64,000 nt of DNA from a virus, in the IMG/VR virus record IMGVR_UViG_3300042549_007727; one strand, written 5' to 3'. The notes below the pieces were generated by a model. The model worked only from the letters and a program-made list of their open reading frames with translations, searched no databases and had not been told where the DNA came from. How positions within the stretch are numbered: the first letter of the stretch is position 1; each line of letters starts with the position of its first letter. The position numbers and the translations under genes were made by a program. Shown here in pieces: positions 50,754 through 61,000 of the stretch.

Positions 50754-51511
50754 TAATTTCCTGTTTCTTCATAGAACTGAGGAGTGTGAAACTTTTCTGA
50801 ATAGTCAAGCATGGTTACCATAGAGTACTTAGTCCCAGACTTCACTGGCATTGCTCTGTGTGGGTACATAAAGTTTGACGGAAATACGTAGAGATCGCCC
50901 TTCTTAGGCTTAATTGTGATGTTCTGAAGTCTAAAATACAACTCTCCACCTTCGTAGTCGTCATTGGGAAACCCGACTAGTGACACTACGCAGTTATATG
51001 AGTACCCGTGATCGTGGTGCTCTTGGAAGTGTTGTCCGGGGCCGTACTTAACGTAGTTAGTTGCTTCCCAGTAGCGAAGCTCGCCTATGTTAAATCTTCT
51101 TGTATAGTCTTTGACCGCTTGAAGCTCTTTATACGTTACGTCATCAGCAAGCTCTTGCAGCGCAAGTCCAGCTGGCGATGTGTCATGAGCAATGTCAGAT
51201 TTTTTGTATTTAAAGTCTACGCAGTCGCGATACTCTGGCATCTTCATCGCATACCCAACCATTGCTTCTTGATATTCGTAGTGGTTGTCTGGATTAGTTA
51301 TTACCGACTCTAGTCTGTTGATTATATCTAAATCGTCTGTTAGAACGTCTCTGTACACAACAATACCTGGCGCAACTTCTTCTGAGCTACTCCATGTTTG
51401 TTTTTCTACGGTGTACCAAGCAGAGAGCCTCTCTGCAACTAATTTCTGTTTTTCAGCTCCCTCGGTTTCTTGGGGCTTATCTGAAAAGTTTTGTGTGTTT
51501 TCCATAACCAT
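50753..51511 (-). CDS. 2OG-Fe(II) oxygenase (prolyl 4-hydroxylase-like)
   Basis: VKYGPGQHF..HHD...NDDYEGGEL...PHRA...KY. Confidence 0.9.
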   Translation of the reverse strand: MVMENTQNFSDKPQETEGAEKQKLVAERLSAWYTVEKQTWSSSEEVAPGIVVYRDVLTDDLDIINRLESVITNPDNHYEYQEAMVGYAMKMPEYRDCVDFKYKKSDIAHDTSPAGLALQELADDVTYKELQAVKDYTRRFNIGELRYWEATNYVKYGPGQHFQEHHDHGYSYNCVVSLVGFPNDDYEGGELYFRLQNITIKPKKGDLYVFPSNFMYPHRAMPVKSGTKYSMVTMLDYSEKFHTPQFYEETGN

Positions 51512-51515
51512 ATCC

Positions 51516-52259
51516 TTAATACGTTAGTTTATATTCTTCAATTACTGGAGCAACTCTGTTGTTTACATTGTCTCTGTCGTTATAATCCGTCATAACTACT
51601 ACTGAGTATTTGACACCAGATTTTATGTCCTGTGACGAGTGCTCATATATGAAAGTTGATGGAAATACAAGTACATCTCCTGCTTTAGGTTTTATTGTTA
51701 AATTGTCCATTCGAGGAAACCAAATCTCTCCGCCTTCGTAGTCGTCATTTAGGTATACAACTACAGAAATTGTGCAAACATATGTTGGACCGTGATCTGC
51801 GTGTATTTTAAAGTGAGTTCCTGGCCCGTCGTACTTTACAAAATTAAATGCTTCGTACCATCTCATTCCTACGCCCCAGGAATCAGAATAATCATCTACG
51901 CATTGGCGCACTGCTTGGAATACTTTTTCATGAAGATCGTAAAGCTCCGAATTTTCTGAGTCGCGGGGGCCTAGCGATGTAGAGTTAACTTTAAAATCTT
52001 GTGCATTTCTAGCGCTTAGAAGCACATCGGCTGACGTTGTCACTCTTGCTCCACCCCAAGTATATTTACCTGTGCCGCTCAAGTTAGACTCTAAAGTTTT
52101 TATGTATTCTCTACCCTGCTCTTCTGTGATGGCCCCGCGGTACAGGTTCACTCCTAGTGCTGGATTAGACACAGTAATATTTGGGTTTCTGGGAGCAGGG
52201 CGGTCTGGCATCCGATTATTTGAAGTTTCAGATCTATCTTTTGTGAACCAGTCGTTCAT
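51516..52259 (-). CDS. 2OG-Fe(II) oxygenase (prolyl 4-hydroxylase-like)
   Basis: VKY...HF..HAD...YLNDDYEGGEI...EHSS...KY. Confidence 0.9.
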   Translation of the reverse strand: MNDWFTKDRSETSNNRMPDRPAPRNPNITVSNPALGVNLYRGAITEEQGREYIKTLESNLSGTGKYTWGGARVTTSADVLLSARNAQDFKVNSTSLGPRDSENSELYDLHEKVFQAVRQCVDDYSDSWGVGMRWYEAFNFVKYDGPGTHFKIHADHGPTYVCTISVVVYLNDDYEGGEIWFPRMDNLTIKPKAGDVLVFPSTFIYEHSSQDIKSGVKYSVVVMTDYNDRDNVNNRVAPVIEEYKLTY

Positions 52260-52313
52260 GTCTAGCCTCGCTTCTGTTCTTTAAACTAGTTTATATTTAA
52301 AGGTTGTAGCGAT

Positions 52314-52322
52314 AGTCTATCA
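52314..52322 (-). promoter_or_regulatory. putative extended -10 (TG-A-TAGACT) for oxygenase cluster
   Basis: Intergenic, about 55 nt upstream of the first oxygenase ATG. Confidence 0.35.
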
Positions 52323-52382
52323 ATAAAAAGGGAAAATGCCTAATTAAACTTGGTGTTTTACAAGTTTTTTGTAAGCTTTAGG

Positions 52383-52413
52383 CAGGCCAAGCCAGGGGTA
52401 GTGACTTAGCCTG
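52383..52413 (-). terminator. stem-loop immediately after FN3/PFFP/Hint gene
   Basis: CAGGCTAAGTCA-CTACCCC-TGGCTTGGCCTG. Two G-U pairs form only on the minus strand; no U-tract. Confidence 0.55.
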
Positions 52414-52415
52414 TC

Positions 52416-53753
52416 CTATGCTATTACTATAAAGGATCTTGTGATGAACCAAGGCTGAGGAGAAGTCTTTACTTCGTAAACTGTAGACTCAGCTTCGTCT
52501 TTTTCTATAGAGACAACTACTGTTTCTGACACTACTCCGTCTGCTGCTACTCCTAGTAGAACGTCTCCTATTTCGACGTCTTCAGCGTTTTTGTAGCTTA
52601 TTCCTTCAGATTCTTTTACAAGAATTGGCTGAGTTACAGAGTAGTCCTTACCTAGATCATTAAATCCGATTAGCACGGCGGATCTAGCTTCTACTGAGAC
52701 TATCTCTGCTTCGATGAGAGCTACCTCTTCACTTAAGAAGCTGGACTGCTTAGTCTCTAATAGCGCTGACAGATCTATGTGTCGACTGTCAACCGTCAAC
52801 ACTTTGTCTCCAACTTTTACATTCTCTGCTTTTTCCCAGCCGTTTGGGGTCAGGATGTCTGTTGTTGGTGCCAAACAGAATCTTACCTTGAAGCTTGGGA
52901 AGAACGGGAACATCGGTGGGAAGAACGGTGGGAAGAACGGGAACATCGGTGGGAAGAAAGGTGGGAAGAAAGGTGGGAAGAACGGGAACATCGGTGGGAA
53001 GAAAGGTGGGAAGAACGGTGGGAAGAACGGGAACATCGGTGGGAAGAACGGTGGGAAGAAAGGAGGGAAGAAAGGAGGGAAGAATGGTGGGAAGAATGGT
53101 GGGAAGAATGGAGGGAAGAATGGAGGGAAGAATGGCGCAGTAGTAATCGACGCAGAGTAGCTAGACCACTCCGAGGCACCATTTGCATTTTTAGCTCTAA
53201 CTCTATACTGCTGAGCGGTGTTTGCTTCCTGAGTCACTGTTGCTGAAGTGCCAGTTACGTTTGAGGAGTTTGACTTACTATCGGTACTTTCCCAGTCATA
53301 TCCAGTTATGACAGAGCCGCCAGTACTAGGGGCTGACCATGAAACAATGTCTTCGCCATTACTTGTTGTTACCGTTGGAGTGTTTGGAGCCTGGGGCACT
53401 GTTGTTATAGTTACGCTTGAAGACGCGGAAGACTCAAGAGATGTTCCAGCTGAGTTTGTGGCTGTTAATACGAAGGTGTATCCGGTATTAGAGTCCAACC
53501 CGCCGACCACGATAGGGGAAGCAGATCCAGTAAGATTGGTTGCTGTTGTGTCAACAGTAGTGCCATTTTTGTAAGCAACTATGGTATATCCGGTAGCTTC
53601 TGGAGAGCCTTCTGGTAGAGCAAAAGCTACTGATGCAGCACCATTATCAAAAGCTCTAGCAGTCCCTACGTTGGTTGCAACAACATTAATTGGGGCTTTT
53701 GGCTCCAAAGAGTCGTTCTGCTGTTGGGAACGCTTACCAGGTGATTTGCTCAT
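52416..53753 (-). CDS. FN3-FN3-(PFFP)n-Hint domain protein
   Basis: Two FN3 domains (PKAPINV...YTFVLTATNSAG; PQAPNTP...YRVRAKNANG) and an 80-aa Pro/Phe/Met tract. These are followed by a Hint domain, CLAPTTDILTPNGWEKAENVKVGDKV...AEDVEIGDVL...VYEV, which ends at the stop. Confidence 0.85.
   Translation of the reverse strand: MSKSPGKRSQQQNDSLEPKAPINVVATNVGTARAFDNGAASVAFALPEGSPEATGYTIVAYKNGTTVDTTATNLTGSASPIVVGGLDSNTGYTFVLTATNSAGTSLESSASSSVTITTVPQAPNTPTVTTSNGEDIVSWSAPSTGGSVITGYDWESTDSKSNSSNVTGTSATVTQEANTAQQYRVRAKNANGASEWSSYSASITTAPFFPPFFPPFFPPFFPPFFPPFFPPFFPPFFPPMFPFFPPFFPPFFPPMFPFFPPFFPPFFPPMFPFFPPFFPPMFPFFPSFKVRFCLAPTTDILTPNGWEKAENVKVGDKVLTVDSRHIDLSALLETKQSSFLSEEVALIEAEIVSVEARSAVLIGFNDLGKDYSVTQPILVKESEGISYKNAEDVEIGDVLLGVAADGVVSETVVVSIEKDEAESTVYEVKTSPQPWFITRSFIVIA
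52896..53135 (-). repeat. coding tandem repeat: 17 x 12-nt PFFP units plus 4 x 9-nt PMF units
   Basis: Plus strand shows GGGAAGAA(C/A/T)GG(T/A) units with GAACATCGG interruptions; 240 nt, in frame. Confidence 0.95.
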
Positions 53754-53779
53754 AATATGTCATTCTACCTTAGATTTAA

Positions 53780-54640
53780 TTAAGCCTTTAGGTCTCCAAA
53801 GACCAGCCAAGTGTTTGCAGCTACCTTAGTTAGGGATACTGAAGAATTTAATGCTCTAAAGATCAATCCAGGTGTATACAGAAGGTCTACAGATGCTCCA
53901 GCTACTATAGACGCGCCTCCGGCTCCTACGCTCTGGTAGAAGTTCAGGGTAGTCCCAATTGGGAAAGTGATTGAGTTGGTAGTATCTGCGTCTACTGTAA
54001 CGCTATAAGCTCCGCCAATTGCAGTCAGTGCGTCTCTGTATGTTAGAGGCTGAGGCAGGGTTGACGTAGTTGCGTTAGCTGTAATAGCTGCCTTAATCGG
54101 GGTAAGAGAAGGTACGCCCTGCAACGTCTGAGTTCCGTCTGAGAAAGCGATGCCGCTAGCACCAACGGTTACTGTTCCAGTAAATGTTGGAGATGCTTTA
54201 GGTGCAAGAGTTGTGTCAGTTGGGTGTACGTGATCTGCTCTAGCATACTTTAGAGATGTACCTGCAGCCGCCGTCCCGTTAGCCACTGGAGTGGCCGAAG
54301 CAGCTTGACCCACAACAAACGCAGTAGTTGCGAGCTGCGTGTCATTCTGGTCAGCGGTAGCTGTTGGAGCTGTTGGTTCTCCTGTAAAAACTGGGCTGAC
54401 AAGTGGTGCCTTAGCGTCTAGCTGAGTTTGAATTGAAGAAGTTACGCCATCTAGGTATCCGACCTCTGTAGACGTTACTGGTGATGCTACTAAGTACCCA
54501 TCTTCATCCGAAATAATGTCGCGATCGACAGTGTACTTAGCGCGGTCCGGGGTCCAAACTTCTCCCGACCAAAGCCAAGTTCTGCCATTGTAGGTATATG
54601 CGTCACCAACTTCTGGTTCTGCAGGAAAGTTAATTGCCAT
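53780..54640 (-). CDS. fibre protein with MAINFP N-module and C-terminal adaptor-like domain
   Basis: Start reassigned to ATG 54640 (TAATG overlap). Contains [23 protein letters not shown]...TQLATTAFV, YARADHVHP and FPIG...TWLVFGDL. Confidence 0.75.
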   Translation of the reverse strand: MAINFPAEPEVGDAYTYNGRTWLWSGEVWTPDRAKYTVDRDIISDEDGYLVASPVTSTEVGYLDGVTSSIQTQLDAKAPLVSPVFTGEPTAPTATADQNDTQLATTAFVVGQAASATPVANGTAAAGTSLKYARADHVHPTDTTLAPKASPTFTGTVTVGASGIAFSDGTQTLQGVPSLTPIKAAITANATTSTLPQPLTYRDALTAIGGAYSVTVDADTTNSITFPIGTTLNFYQSVGAGGASIVAGASVDLLYTPGLIFRALNSSVSLTKVAANTWLVFGDLKA

Positions 54641-57600
54641 TATGCCTGTGCCTCTGTCCATGATAGACGACCGGTAAATCTAGCTGTGTTGGATCCGGAA
54701 GATGTGTTTGTTACAACAATCGTAAGAACGTCCGGCCCATCCGGGTATATTCCTGTTCTAGATGAAGAACTTCCTCCACCAAGAATTGAGTTTCCAAGGT
54801 CGCGTAGAGTTCTTAGCGAGATAGAGTCTGTACCCTGAGACAAGAAACCACCAGTGATTTCTCCACCAGAAACAGTGACGTTACCGTTTACACTGTAGTC
54901 AGCAATCTGAGCTAGCGAGGAGTTAGCTGTGCCTGCATCAGCAAAGTTTGGTATAGTCCATGTTGCAGATACAGACGGCGTTGCGTTTAGGTAGGCTCTT
55001 ACTAGATAGTTTGTACCAGCATCCTGCGTACTCACGCCGAGCTCAGAAAGCTTTAGCTGCATTCTGTTAATTAGCTCTCTTTGGCCGAATAGGGCACCTA
55101 CACCGTTATCGGCTGAAGGAGCTAGTCTCACGGCAAATAGAGCTTTAGATTGTCCAGGAAGAATTGAAACAGGATTAGTTTGACCATAGGTGAAGATAAG
55201 AGAGTTATCCTCATCAAAACGACCATCCATAATCACCGAGGTACCCCAGTGGGAAATCGAAGGTGCGAATGTTGGGTATGCCAACTCTACTGAGGTAGGA
55301 GATGGGGCGCTGTAAGTGTATGCCTTAGCTTCAGCACCCATCGGTGCAAATATCAACGTTGGGTTAGATCCAGTAAGAGCGGTGTTTAGCGTGATAACTG
55401 TTCCAGCTATGTTGGTTATGTAAGCACCGTCCGGCACTGGGCTAGGGGATGCGCTAGAAAATACGCGCTGGCCAACTTGAAGTCCAGTGGCACTAGCAAC
55501 AATTCCTGAGTTTGACCCAATAGTCCAAGTGGAAGAGACACCAGAAGCACCAGCTTTACCACGGACTAGTCCAGTGAAGGTAGTTGCTGTCTTGCCTGTG
55601 TAGTTTACATACTCGCTAAATAGTCCAGCTTCGTTGTTTGTAGTACTAGGCTTGATAATTAGTGTTCCTGTAGGAGGGAATCCGGCGGTAGATAGAACAG
55701 TTAATGTTTCTCCTGTGTCCGACAAGCTAGCATCTAGTCTAGTTGTCGGTGGCAGTGTTGAAGTTTCGTAGCGAGCTGGCAAGTTACCAGAGCGCATGTA
55801 CGCTTCGTTGTTAACGTTGTTATTCTTCATCTTGTGGACGTAGAATACGTTACCGTCTATACCACGTAGGCCCCAGCGGATAAAGCCGGCACCGTACCAG
55901 GAGTAGTCTACATAGAACATTTGCATCTTAGTAAAGTCAACGTTAAATCCTGAAGGACCGGTACCGTCTGCTTTATCTAAGTTCCACTCAGACTGAGGGA
56001 TTCTAGTGTCTATGGTTTTTGAGATATTTACGTGATCCGCGCTAGCTCCTCTGTAGGAAGGCGAAATTGTAAAGTTTGGTGTAACTGACAGATCATCAAT
56101 AGCAATTACTCGGTATGACTGGCCCCGGATAATTACGTAATCTCCAGGGATTAGCTGACTGGAGTAAGAAGTCGGGAATGACTCGTCTGTTCTAGTTACT
56201 ACGTTAGATCCCTGAACTACTGATGAGCGTCCTGATAGCTGCTGGGTAGATGAGCGCTTTACTACATACGCGTCTTGTCCGTCAATTTCCCAGAAAAGTC
56301 CGTTTTGAGCATCAAAAGTTCCTAATCTAGTGCTTGATCCGTACCATGATGTTACGTTTAGGTTTACAATTCCAGTAGCTGGACTAGTAGTGGATTCTGG
56401 TAGCTCGTAAGTAAAAGTATTAAAGCTAGTTACCTGATCTACTGAAAAAGTGCCATTATATGCCGCCTCATTTGCACCGGAAACCAAAATTGAAGTGCCA
56501 GGCAGAATGTTGTGCTGCTCTTTAGTTGTAACTGTCGCGGTAGTTCCAGATGAAGTAATACCATCAATAGTTGCATATGGCTTAAGGATTGTTCCAGACG
56601 AAACCTGTAGACCCTTACCTGACTGGTATCTAAAATAACGACGGGTTTGTCTAATAGCCTGTTCGTAGTTAGAGCTAGCGTTAGTTGAGAATAGAACTCC
56701 ACCGTCGAAAGATCTGTGTAGGAACTGAGCCTGAGGACGTACATAAATAGACGCGTTTGTTGCAGTCAAGCCAGACGGAGTGCCTTCGGTTGGGTCTGCG
56801 TAGAATACAAATGTTGTTGGAGTTGCTACAGTTGCAACTCGATAAGCTCCGTTAGGTGGGTTAGTACCTGTGATACCAGCAGTAGCTATGGTGTTACCAA
56901 TAGAAAGACCGTGGGGCACTGTAGTAGTTACAGTTACTTTTAAGCCAGATACGGCTAGAGTAGGTGCTCCACCAATTCTTGCATCAGTGTAGATTACCGC
57001 TTCATAGATGGCAGTCTTGTTTGGGTCAAGAATTGAGGTAACGGTGGTCTTGTTTTGGGCGCGACCTAGGTAGGTAAATGATGCAGTACCACCACCGGAC
57101 TCAATAATAAAGTTTCCATTGCCAGCAGCAAGGAAGGTGTCCTGAACTGTAATCGCTGTTCCTGTAGGAGGGGCTACTCCAGCTATAGCTGAACCTGAGG
57201 TCCATACCTCTGTTCCAGTTGTTGCATTTACTACAGAAAATGTAGTTGAAGTTAGTGTTCCAACTATTTGAAATGTTCCGTTGTAGCCTGAAACAGAAGA
57301 TCCAGATATAGTTACATACTGTCCAGATCTAAATCCATGAGAGGATGAGGTTGTGTAGGTTACATATCCTGTAGATGGAGTGCTTGGGTCTGCACCAGTT
57401 ACAGTTTTAGTAGTTGTAGTTAGAGCTACAGTAACAATTCTTGCATCTGTATTCATTGTCATTGAAGCTATGTTTGTCATTGGGGATGCAACCTGGAAAG
57501 CAAACGGCCTATTGTTAGTTACACCTAAGTTTTCCCATTTCGACTGCTGGGTACCATACTCGAAGTCGGTATCAATAAGCGCTTGAGCGGTTGAGGTACG

Positions 57601-57678
57601 TAGTTTATTTACCGGATCGGTAAGAACTTCTGTTGGGTTAAAACGGCCATCTGATGCCGGAAACTGTTGAATACTCAT
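54640..57678 (-). CDS. ~1000-aa beta-rich virion structural protein (paralog 2)
   Basis: Colinear homolog of 36358..39354 with the same C-terminus, WTEAQA. Confidence 0.75.
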   Translation of the reverse strand: MSIQQFPASDGRFNPTEVLTDPVNKLRTSTAQALIDTDFEYGTQQSKWENLGVTNNRPFAFQVASPMTNIASMTMNTDARIVTVALTTTTKTVTGADPSTPSTGYVTYTTSSSHGFRSGQYVTISGSSVSGYNGTFQIVGTLTSTTFSVVNATTGTEVWTSGSAIAGVAPPTGTAITVQDTFLAAGNGNFIIESGGGTASFTYLGRAQNKTTVTSILDPNKTAIYEAVIYTDARIGGAPTLAVSGLKVTVTTTVPHGLSIGNTIATAGITGTNPPNGAYRVATVATPTTFVFYADPTEGTPSGLTATNASIYVRPQAQFLHRSFDGGVLFSTNASSNYEQAIRQTRRYFRYQSGKGLQVSSGTILKPYATIDGITSSGTTATVTTKEQHNILPGTSILVSGANEAAYNGTFSVDQVTSFNTFTYELPESTTSPATGIVNLNVTSWYGSSTRLGTFDAQNGLFWEIDGQDAYVVKRSSTQQLSGRSSVVQGSNVVTRTDESFPTSYSSQLIPGDYVIIRGQSYRVIAIDDLSVTPNFTISPSYRGASADHVNISKTIDTRIPQSEWNLDKADGTGPSGFNVDFTKMQMFYVDYSWYGAGFIRWGLRGIDGNVFYVHKMKNNNVNNEAYMRSGNLPARYETSTLPPTTRLDASLSDTGETLTVLSTAGFPPTGTLIIKPSTTNNEAGLFSEYVNYTGKTATTFTGLVRGKAGASGVSSTWTIGSNSGIVASATGLQVGQRVFSSASPSPVPDGAYITNIAGTVITLNTALTGSNPTLIFAPMGAEAKAYTYSAPSPTSVELAYPTFAPSISHWGTSVIMDGRFDEDNSLIFTYGQTNPVSILPGQSKALFAVRLAPSADNGVGALFGQRELINRMQLKLSELGVSTQDAGTNYLVRAYLNATPSVSATWTIPNFADAGTANSSLAQIADYSVNGNVTVSGGEITGGFLSQGTDSISLRTLRDLGNSILGGGSSSSRTGIYPDGPDVLTIVVTNTSSGSNTARFTGRLSWTEAQA

Positions 57679-57992
57679 TACGCTATCTCTACTCCGCTAA
57701 TGTGGACTTTTACTGTGGTGGCTGACGCAAATCCGCGAATTTTTTTAGGGGTTGCGTTAGCGTCTAAAACCTGTTTCATATCAACTGAAATTGTTGAATG
57801 CCCTGCAATAGGAGTCTCATCAAACACTTCAACGCCATCTAATAGAATGTTGAATGTTTCGCCCGCTGCACCAGTGTTTACTACAACAATGTTAGTGACA
57901 ACAGTTGTAGTTCCAGTGGTCGGAACTGTGTATAGATCGCCAACGGTTGTAGCGAATGCGGCTCTTGATAGAGCTTTAGTTGTGGTAGCCAT
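57678..57992 (-). CDS. small fibre-associated beta protein
   Basis: LYTVP..TTTVVTNIVV.N...HISGVEI pattern, common downstream of long fibre genes; TAATG coupling. Confidence 0.65.
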   Translation of the reverse strand: MATTTKALSRAAFATTVGDLYTVPTTGTTTVVTNIVVVNTGAAGETFNILLDGVEVFDETPIAGHSTISVDMKQVLDANATPKKIRGFASATTVKVHISGVEIA

Positions 57993-58028
57993 TAATTACT
58001 ACTCTCTTTTCTTTTGTTATTTGTGCGT

Positions 58029-61000
58029 TTAGTAAGCACCCATGATTACCATTATATCGGTATCAGTGGGAAGTGTTGTCCAGCCAGCATCTCCATTAGT
58101 GTTGGAAAGTTTAACTAAAAATTGTCCGGTAGTTCCTCCGGTAGGTAGTGATTCACCAGAAGGACCGGTTGGGCCAGCGGGACCCTGAGGACCTGCCTCA
58201 CCAGAAGTTAGAACCCAGTAACCGTCGTAGAACGCGTAGATTCCAGCCTGTTCAGTGTTAAACCATAAAGCTCCCTCGCTAGCTCCAGTTGGAGGAGTTG
58301 CTGAAACAGCGAGGCTTGCACCGCCACCAGTACCGTTAGCTGCAAGAGTAATTCTTCCCTTAGCGTCTACAGTGATGTTTGCGTTGGTGTATGAGCCAGC
58401 TGTCACACCAGAAGTAGCTAAAGTTGGGTTTGGATAAGTTCCAGTTAGATCTCCACCAGCAGGTCCGGTTGGGGTACGAGAGTTAGTTAGTCGAGCATCA
58501 GCATTTACAACTGCAGTACCGGCAACTTCTGACGGGCTAACGTTTCCAACGCTTAATACACCACCAGCACTCGACTTTACTACACCCGCAACCAAAGGCA
58601 TGATAACGGTTCCAGTAAATGTTGGGCTAGCTTTTGGTGCCTTGTCATTTAACTGGTCTTGTATGGAAGACGTAACGCCTTCTAGGTAAGCAATTTCTGT
58701 ACCAGTTACATCACCAATAGAGGTGGTTACCGGTAGGACGGTAGTTCCAGTAAAGGTCGAAGCGTCTAGAGTTGCAACAACAGCTGAATCGATAGCAATC
58801 TCTGATCCAACTTTTGTAATTCCAGTGCCGGCAGTAATGTTCTGCGCTGCGCTAAACTGTTCGTAGCTAATGTCATCTGTACCAATAACTACGGTACCAA
58901 CGTTTGTCACAACGAACCCAGCATTTGCGTATGTTGAACCATCTGTTACTAGACAGAAAGATCCACCAGTTAGTTCCGCAGACGGGCTGTTGTCAGCATC
59001 AGTAGCACGAGTTATCACCCATGGGTTAGATCCGTCACCTAGAGCGGTAATAGTGTAGATACCATTTTGTTTTGCGTCAGTTTGAGCACGTAGGAGAATG
59101 CGGGCACCAACAGTGACTGTTGCACCGTCAATAGTCCCAATTGCACCGTTTGAAGCCTTGGTGAGTGTTGCACCAAGTCCAGCAGTTCCGTTGTCATAGG
59201 TTCCAGCCAAGTTGCCGACGGTAGCCGCAACTACTGGCTCGCTAACGCTTAGACCGGTTGCAACGCTGTCTACGTAACCCTTGGTTGCTGCCTGTAGGTC
59301 AGTTGTTGGTGAACCTGGAAGGACTAGGGCACCAGTAAGGGTTCCACCAGAAAGTGCTAGTCTGCCGTCAATTGCAGTTTGCTGAGCAGTTGAAACTGGC
59401 TTATTGGTGTCAGAAGTATTGTCTACGTTTCCTAGTCCAACCATGCTCTTTGAGATACCGCTCACGGTGCCTGTAAAGGTTGCGCCAGCTAGAGATGCCT
59501 TGCCATCGATCTGAGTCTGAATTGAGCTAGTTACACCGTCAACATAGTTTAACTCTTCAGTTGATGCAGTTATGCCGTCTAGAGTATTTAACTCAGCGGC
59601 AGTTGCAGTTAGGTCAGAGACGTCTGCAACTTCAACAGTAATGATGTTGTCTGCAGTATCAATAGTTTTGTTAGTTAGTGTTTGTGTACCACTGTTGGTG
59701 ATCACAGAGTCAGTAATCTTGATGTTACCGGAGCCATCGAACTCAACGCCAGTGCCTAGTTTTACGGAAATAGCTGAAGATGAGTCGTTATAAGTAAGAC
59801 CATTTCCTACGTTATCGCCCACTGCATCTTGCGCACGCTCATTAGTGAAGTAGAGGTTTGTACCTTCTTCAATTACCGAAGTAGTAAGTGCGTCTATTGC
59901 AGCAGTTGTGAAGGTGTTGGCATCAGTTTCTGCTTGATCAGCTTTGCTCTGAGCTCCAGTAGTAGTCTCGAGTAGCGAGGTGTCAGCAATACCGTGAATA
60001 CCTGTGGTGTCGTCAGCGTGCGCGGTAAGTGCAGCTGTAGTTGCCTTTAGGTCAAGTGCAGTCTGAGTTGCACTTGAGATCGGCTTATTAGCGTCTGTAG
60101 TGTTGTCAACGTTGCCAAGTCCTACCATCGCCTTGGTAATACCAGCTACAGTTCCAGTAAAGGTTGGAGAATTTAGAGCTGCCTTCTGGTTAATCAGAAC
60201 CTGGGTAGCAGTTGAGACTGGCTTGTCTATGTCAGAAGTGTTATCAACATCACCAAGACCCACCATAGACTTAGTTACACCAGCTACAGTTCCAGTAAAT
60301 GTTGGGTTGTTTGTTGGTGCTTTGCTGTCTAGCTGAGTTTGAATCGCGCTAGTTACACCATCAACATAGTTAAGCTCTGTAGTGGATACAGTAATTCCGT
60401 CTAAGACATTAAGCTCGTTTGAGGTAATTGTGCCTATAGTTGTGCTTTCAGGTAGAACTACGTTTCCGCTAAATGTTGGTGATTCTAGAGGAGCATAAGT
60501 GGTTTCTGCATCAGAAGAGTCTAGCTTTAAGTCTATTTTTTCTAGCTCTGCTGCTAGGTCATACAGTTCGGTTACATTTTTAATGACTGTTACATCGGCT
60601 GGTAGGGCTACAGTTCCCTCAAAAATAGGGCTATCTATTGGAGCTTTCTCTGCTAGTAGTAGGCCAATTTCTTCATTGTGAGTTGCTTTAGAGTCTGCAA
60701 TAGCACTAGCTAAAAGTTCGCCATTTACTAGAAGAGAAAAGTCTGCAACTCCATGAATATTTAAAGTTTCCCCAGTATGTGTCTCTATGGCAGAGGTTAC
60801 ATCTGCAAAAGTTGTTAGCTCCGTGGTATCTGCAATACCGTGAACGTTACTTGTAGTTCCTGCGTGTATTGCTATTTGATCATCAGTATAGTCTTTGGCT
60901 ACAGTTAAGGACGTCTCTGTTGATGTGTCAACATAGTCTTTTGAAGCTGTAACTGCATAGTCTGTAGAAATTATATTTCCGTCTAGCTCTATACCCAAGC

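Noticed and set aside
44442-52259. Oxygenases as TET/JBP or AlkB DNA-modifying enzymes
   Set aside because: The Y.NDDYEGGE and HxD...H...K/R spacing fits the P4H-like group, and the genes lie among virion genes rather than replication genes. Not fully excluded without an HMM search.
52416-52877. Mobile self-splicing intein
   Set aside because: No terminal His-Asn, no C-extein and no homing endonuclease.
52896-53135. Possible CRISPR array or non-coding satellite
   Set aside because: The 12/9-nt units abut without unique spacers and sit in frame between clear FN3 and Hint domains.
52714-53246. Plus-strand ORFs with GGKN, WEER and VGRK repeats, and a minus-strand SSHR ORF
   Set aside because: These are alternative-frame shadows of the PFFP repeat, which lacks stops in most frames. 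They have no RBS or domain context.
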